From Corallochytrium limacisporum Hawaii (taxonomy: Eukaryota > Protista > Pluriformea): DNA of 64,000 nt. The notes beneath the pieces are model-generated. The model did not search any database and was not told the DNA's origin. It worked only from the letters and a program-made list of their open reading frames with translations. The stretch is taken from positions 124,001 through 188,000 of the forward strand of contig PDIP01000004.1 of the NCBI GenBank assembly GCA_002811645.1, read 5' to 3'. The position numbers were made by a program, and so were the translations under genes. Shown one piece after another: positions 57,545 through 64,000 of the stretch. The first letter of the stretch is position 1. The number at the start of each line of letters is the position of its first letter.

Positions 57545-59603
57545 AAAATGTTGGATCTCTTCCTATACTAACCCCACCTTCACGTTGCGGACGAGATGCT
57601 ATCAACCGTTCTTTCTGCAATTTGAATCAATCGGTGGGTACGTTAAGCAGGTTCGAGAAGCGCGCCACAAACCCCCACAACTGCTTTTTCATAGTAAATG
57701 TACGGTCAAAAACTCTTAACGACACCTAAAAAGGTCTCCTAACGTATGTGCCTCCGCCACAGTGGGTGGTCGCCCTGTTGCCAGCAGTGCCCACTGAACC
57801 CCGAACACCACAAGGTTGTGTACGTGTACCGGTCTAGGTGCGCAAAGCGAAGAGATACTTGCGTAGTCCGGGGTCGCGATATAGGGAGACACTGAGAGTG
57901 CAGTGCAAACGAACGGGCAGTTGCGTTGGTGTTTTCGTTTTGTGCGCGCTCTGGGCCTCTCACTCCCGCTCTCATTCCCCTTGGGGACAGAGTTTCTCGG
58001 GGAGAGAATCGATGGAGGATCTTTCGGGGATCATATACACACGAAACCTTGTAGAGGGTTGTGCGCTCGAGCAAGCATGCAGAGGAGCGAGTCGGGGACC
58101 CCCGGCTTTTTGGCGAAGGATAAAACGTTCCTATATGTGCTATACACACACTCAAATGGAAAGGCTGGGTGTTTTGCACGCAGATGTGACAGATCCACAA
58201 GAACAAGAACACTGATCCGGAAATCGATTCCTCTGAACTCATCCTAACGACTTTCCGAAAACGTGACTACAATATATACCTCGCACAACTCTACGAGCTT
58301 CGCAGTATATGCAAACCAGCCTCCGAATGGCTGGCTACCCGGTGCCCATTAGGGTCCCCAAGATCTGCGAGCCCGCAGCGGGGGGGGGGGGGGTTAAAGT
58401 GTGTTGGGGGCTGCCTCCCGGCGGCCCCACAGACGCAAAATGGTGCTATACTGGAAGTACTGCGGAATCGCCGCAAGGTGGAAGAGAAGAGAAGGGGAGG
58501 GGGTTGTGGGGTACCCCAAGGACCCAATTCTGCGCTCGAGTATATAAATTCTTTGGACCTGGGAAAATACTCGGTGAACCGATTTCGCCATGGGCACTGA
58601 CACCAGTGCGATTATCTCTGTTTAGGTAAAGATGCGAAATGATGCAAGCGGGCGGGGGTCCCAAGACTCTTTGGCTACCCATTGGTGCGGTCTTGGTCCG
58701 GTATGGGCGCAGTCTCACTCGCACACACTCGCACTCTCGCACGCGAGGTCCGGCCATGCATTATTCCTGGAGATCACTCGTCCACCTTGATGCGACCTTT
58801 TTTTGGCATCACGGCAGATAGTGTGGATATGACCTGCACCTAGCATCCACAATGTCTGCGCCCTGCCCTGCCCCGGTGTGCGACTATCCCGTGGGTCGAG
58901 ACCGCTGCATGTGCGTGTGTGGCCGCTTTGGTTGCGGACGGACACAACCAATCCCGGAATTTGACACCTGGTCAACCATGTGATGTGGCGCCCACGTAAT
59001 ACACATTGCAAACTACGACACACTTCCGTCACTTCCACCCCCATCCGACGAACCGGCTTGGTGCATAGTTCGAACGCTTTCACACAAAACTAAGGAGAAA
59101 TTGACTGAGTTATCGGCCAGATTCTACGGTAACACGGGTGAAGCATTTCGCAACCAACAAGGAGCCCCTCCCCCNNNNNNNNNNNNNNNNNNNNNNNNNN
59201 NNNNNNNNNNNNNNNNNNNNNNNNNNNNNNNNNNNNNNNNNNNNNNNNNNNNNNNNNNNNNNNNNNNNNNNNNNNNNNNNNNNNNNNNNNNNNNNNNNNN
59301 NNNNNNNNNNNNNNNNNNNNNNNNNNNNNNNNNNNNNNNNNNNNNNNNNNNNNNNNNNNNNNNNNNNNNNNNNNNNNNNNNNNNNNNNNNNNNNNNNNNN
59401 NNNNNNNNNNNNNNNNNNNNNNNNNNNNNNNNNNNNNNNNNNNNNNNNNNNNNNNNNNNNNNNNNNNNNNNNNNNNNNNNNNNNNNNNNNNNNNNNNNNN
59501 NNNNNNNNNNNNNNNNNNNNNNNNNNNNNNNNNNNNNNNNNNNNNNNNNNNNNNNNNNNNNNNNNNNNNNNNNNNNNNNNNNNNNNNNNNNNNNNNNNNN
59601 NNN

Positions 59604-59690
59604 CCTTTCCTTTCCTTTCCTTTCCTTTCCTTTCCTTTCCTTTCCTTTCCTTTCCTTTCCTTTCCTTTCCTTTCCTTTCCTTTCCTTTCC

Positions 59691-59722
<32 letters not shown>
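59604..59722. repeat. (CCTTT)n pentamer array (about 19 visible units, abutting a gap) followed by (CT)n
   Basis: Seen directly. It probably extends into the N-gap at 59175-59603. Confidence 0.95.
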
Positions 59723-59723
<1 letters not shown>

Positions 59724-62700
59724 CTTCCTCAGTCTCACTTCCCCCTTTTTTTTTAATTCCTTGACTCTCCCTTCCCAAAACCTATCTCTCTCTCTCTATT
59801 TTGTATACCGGATCTTCAGGTTTTAACACACCTCCTCTGAACCCAGCAAAGACAAAAACGAATTACTCTGCTCGTGCCAGCTGCAAGGTTTAAAATTGGC
59901 CTTCCCGGCATTTTATTTCTCTCCTGCTCTTTTATTTTCTCTGGTTCTTTCCCATTGTTTCTGTTTAAAGTTTAATATACCGACAACTCTCTCTCACTCT
60001 CACTCTCACGATCTTTCCTCCTACTCTCTCCCACATAACCCCGCCCCTTCCCTGGGTTTCCGGGAACACCGTGGATAAGTATTTCCCTTTTGTGTTTCTT
60101 TTCCTTTCTTTGGTTGCTGTTAATCTTCTACTTTTGTGTTTCCCTTTTTTTTTCATTGGGTGGTACCCCCCCCCCCCGGGGGCCGTGCGACGCGGGAGAT
60201 CCCATTAAAACTCCACCACGGAAACCTGGCACTGGGGACCTCACACGCCCGGTGGGGGCCCCCGTCGAGGGGTCTTTGCCAATCGCTGTTTAAGGGCAAA
60301 AGCCGGGAAGGGCAGGAGGGAGGGGGGTATGGGGGGTTTTTTAAAATTTCCTTTGGGGTTAAATCAAAGAAGAACAGCCAAGAGTAAGTGCGGAGTGTTT
60401 TTTTTTTTGGGTCAAAGTTTTTGTGAGAGAGAGAGACAGCGAGCGAGAGAGAGAGCGAGAGATAAACTCTTAGAGCTCCGGGGACCCGAGAAAAAAATCT
60501 CCCCCCCTTCCCTCCTCCTTCCTTCCAGCCGGCCTCCCCTCGGAGTCCTCCGCACACACCACCAATTCCAGAGCACTGCGGCTTTTGTTTGTGAATGTGC
60601 GGCTGCGAGTGCGAGAAAGACTTTCTTCTTTTGGGTTTTCTCGGGTCGAGCGGGTGACCGGTGGCTTTTCTCCCTTTAATTTTTGAATTTTTGGACGGAG
60701 GGATGGGAGAGGAGGGAAGGTCTCATTCCTTTCTTCTTTTTTCTTTTTCTTTAAATTTCTTTTGGGGGCGCTGGAACTGCCTGCCAAATTTTCTGCCGTG
60801 CGGGAGCACTCCGAGTTCTTTCTTTTTTTTATTGGAACAATGTCGCCAAGAAAACGCCGTGATTTTCTCCGAATGGAAGGTGGTGACTTTGCATTGCTTC
60901 TCTTTTTCCCTTTTTTCCACCTTTTTTTTCTCCATTTCCTTCTCTTTTCTTTTCGTTTTTTTTTGTTATTCGTTGATTTCTCACTTTTATTTGCTTTTCT
61001 TGCCTGGTCTCATCTGGCGTTGCAGGTCTCCCCTTTTCTTTATTTTCAAAGTTTTTCTTGATGAAAAAAAATGTCCATACTTGCCCCAAACTACCTCGCC
61101 GTTCTAAGTCTCTGTGTTTCCTAATTTTCGCTCTCTCTCGCTCTCTCTCTGCGGGCACGCATCTACCTCTGGGCGCACGCATCGCATTTGCTCACGCGGC
61201 CGCAAAGGGAAAAATTAAAGGAATATCGCACCCGCGAGTCGGTTGTTTCAAGCCCCGGAACGGAGGTTTTAAACAGGGGCCTATTTTCGTGATCAACAGA
61301 AAGATCACGAATTTGAAACATGCGAATGTCAAGCACTCCGATGGCAAACCAACCAAACCAAGCGGAGATCGGAACAATTACTCAAGCGGAAGATACCTAA
61401 TACAATAACAACCGAACAACTAAAAAGGACCAAAATTTTATTGGACTGTGGGGACGCTCGCGTTAGCAGGCTTCTCCTGTCGCCCTCTCCCTGGCCTTTT
61501 TGGGGGAGGTCTCCCTCCCCCCCCCCTTGGGTCCCGATTGCGAAAAAAAAGAAAAAAATAGCCTGCAAAATACCCCATCCAGCACCGCCCTTTGGCCTCT
61601 GCTTGCGTGGGTCGGCCTGGTTGCTCTTCACTTCTCTCTTGGTGGTGGTGGTGGTGGTGGGTCCGTTAACTTTTAAAGAAAATCATCGCTTTTTTTTCTA
61701 ACTACCGAGCCCGCATCATCACCAAAAGAGAGAGACAGCGAGAGAGAGAGAGAGAGTGGGAGAGAGAGAGAGTGGGAGAGAGAGAGACAGAGCCGAAGAG
61801 GAGAGAAGCGTGTGTGTCCGGGCAAGCCACCAATGCGAGCGCGCACACGGGTAAAAGCTCAAAAATCTAAAAAAAAATGAAGAAAAGGGGGTAGGTCCTG
61901 GCGTACCATTATCACCTTTTTGCACCATCCAGTCCAGCATATTTTTCGTTTAAGGAGGCGTGCTGGAGTCTGGGTCTTTATCGGCCCCTCCCCTTTTTTT
62001 CGTGCTTCTCTCGCTCTCTCTCTCTCCTTCTTTTTAATTTGGGGGAGTATCCAGTGCTCTGGACTGCGGTGGGGAGGGAGGAGAGATCGGTGTAGGGAGA
62101 CAGAGAAGGGGGTGGGTTGGTATAGGAGCGAGAGGGTGGACCATCCCTGCACCATCCCGGGTTTGGCCCTTGTCCAAAAATGGCCCGTTTTATCTTCTGC
62201 TGAGAGGTCGTCAGGAGTTTTTCTTTGAGGGTTCGCCGCCGCACATTGCTTTTTTTCTCCATACATTTTGGCCTTGGTCCCCATACGCTCTTGCTGGTGA
62301 TCACGAGGCGAGCGCGGAGCGGAGGGTTTGGGTATCACCCGGCCCCCGGCAGCGGCCGACAAATCGAGGAGCACAGAGAGCAGAACTGCAGAGAGAGCGC
62401 AGAGAGCGCGAGAGAGAGAGAGCGCAGAGAGCGAGAGGACCCGACCGTCAACCGCCAACTCTCGCCCGATCGCAAACAAAAAAAAAGTTTTCAGGGTTAG
62501 CTCCTGCTCCACACGTGTACTACATTCCTTCAAAATTAATGAAACTCTCTTGTGAATTCAATATTGAGTCTACTGGAGAGTTGGGAACTCTCTTTAATAC
62601 CGCCTGTCTGCACAACGTTCTAAGCACGTCTTCCCTTTCGTCTGAGTCTCTCTGTGCGCGAGTGTGAGTGAGTGACTGAGTCCAAGGGGTTTTCTTCCGT

Positions 62701-63408
62701 GCTCTTTCTATTTCTTCCATACTTCGACCATGCATTTTGTTCCTCATTTTTTCCTCTTTATTTTTTTGCTCATTAGCTTCCTTTAATTCTTAAGTGGATC
62801 ACACTGGCTGCGCGGCAACCCAGATCTTCTGTTCTGTTTAATACTATCCTCTGAGTTGAATGTATACTCCGTATCCAACCAAAATTTTCGTTCGAAAATA
62901 TATACCGGATCGTGATTTATATGATTATTTNNNNNNNNNNNNNNNNNNNNNNNNNNNNNNNNNNNNNNNNNNNNNNNNNNNNNNNNNNNNNNNNNNNNNN
63001 NNNNNNNNNNNNNNNNNNNNNNNNNNNNNNNNNNNNNNNNNNNNNNNNNNNNNNNNNNNNNNNNNNNNNNNNNNNNNNNNNNNNNNNNNNNNNNNNNNNN
63101 NNNNNNNNNNNNNNNNNNNNNNNNNNNNNNNNNNNNNNNNNNNNNNNNNNNNNNNNNNNNNNNNNNNNNNNNNNNNNNNNNNNNNNNNNNNNNNNNNNNN
63201 NNTATATGATTATTTATTCGATTCAACAGACAAATGTAAATGTTAACTATATAATGAAATCAATGAGGCAACTAAAATATTCGAATCACTGAGCACTTCG
63301 TTTCTGTGTTTCTGGATGTTCCGCTTGTTTGCGGGGTGATGTTGTCAGACCTGTGCTTGACCACGGTCATAACAACTCTCCAAGGGATCAAATACGTTGC
63401 CAATATCA

Positions 63409-64000
63409 TTAAAGCAGTCTGTTTAACCATTGCAACCCTCTCATTGGTGTTGTTTGGTATGAGACCGGGGGATCTTGCCGACAGTTGTAGTTGAGACACG
63501 TATCTTGGACTCCCAGAATACATCCAAGCGATGTGGATTCGTCATCGTTCTCATCTTCATCAGTGTCAGAATCTTGTCGGTCATCTTGATCCGCTCTTGA
63601 CACACAATTAAACCCGTTCATATATGCCAGAGCCTCACGTATGAGTGCGTCGTCTATAATTGCCTCACCGTAGTTCAAGTGTCCAGACGGTGTCTTTCTC
63701 GAGTGCGGTAGTTTGAACGTATTCCCACCCTTGTGCTCCAAGATCTTTACCATGACATCTTGTAAGGTTCTAAAAGCTCTGGCAAGGCAATCAGGATCCC
63801 AATCTTTCCATGCAGTTAAGACAGTCTCCATAACTTCCTCTATAGTGTTCATCTTCACTAGACTCGGACTTGGCCGCGCCCTGTCCAGAGAGCGGAACAA
63901 AGACAAATCAAGAATGTTTAGGTCAGGGCTCAGTTTCGGCTGGAAGCGCAGCCGAAAGTCATAGGAGGTATTCTCAAGCCAGCGACCATGAACCTGTTCC
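63409..64000 (-). mobile_element. Tc1/mariner transposase, DD39D (plant/oomycete mariner-like) type, C-terminal part
   Basis: Frame is open from the window end: ...FRLRFQPKLSPDLNILDLSLFRSL...LARAFRTLQDVMVKILEHKGGNTFKLPH. This matches the QPPNSPDLNxLDLGFF...TLQ..M..GGN.Y..PH signature. Confidence 0.85.

Noticed and set aside
30326-63292. ORFs spanning N-runs or (GA)n/(CCTTT)n tracts
   Set aside because: Open only because Ns and simple repeats lack stop codons.
1-64000. tRNA, rRNA, CRISPR arrays, telomeric repeats, coding introns
   Set aside because: GGTTCGA hits (near 11178, 30663, 39071, 49072) lack cloverleaf context. No repeat-spacer arrays or TTAGGG arrays were seen, and all recognised CDSs are continuous.

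Overview
Eukaryotic nuclear DNA from a draft assembly (nine N-gaps). Every recognisable gene is a single uninterrupted ORF. The gene content points to an intron-poor unicellular opisthokont; a Corallochytrium-like holozoan is my best guess, but that is inference. 1-8.4 kb is a compact block: NOP56 (partial), PRKRIP1, RPA3, SPEF1, a Lys-rich single-TM protein, a bacterial-type SAM methyltransferase and a two-domain cathepsin Z. The first six form three head-to-head pairs, each with a poly-G or CnGn tract near the middle of the shared promoter. 16-28 kb holds a large PacC/Gli-type (tandem CWCH2) zinc-finger protein with a P/Q-rich region and an apparent degenerate bulb-lectin C-terminus, a ZNFX1-like helicase lacking NF-X1 fingers, and a bacterial-type peroxiredoxin-like protein. 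28-46.5 kb is a tandem array of three SLC34 Na/Pi cotransporters that share a GGGTATTTAA element and are separated by long spacers. 46.5-63 kb has no convincing gene, only microsatellites, homopolymer tracts and possible pseudogene remnants. The window ends in the 3' part of a DD39D-type mariner transposase. Best novelty candidates: the zinc-finger/lectin fusion, the SLC34 array with its regulatory architecture, and the poly-G promoter signature. All protein assignments come from motif recognition by eye; no searches were run.
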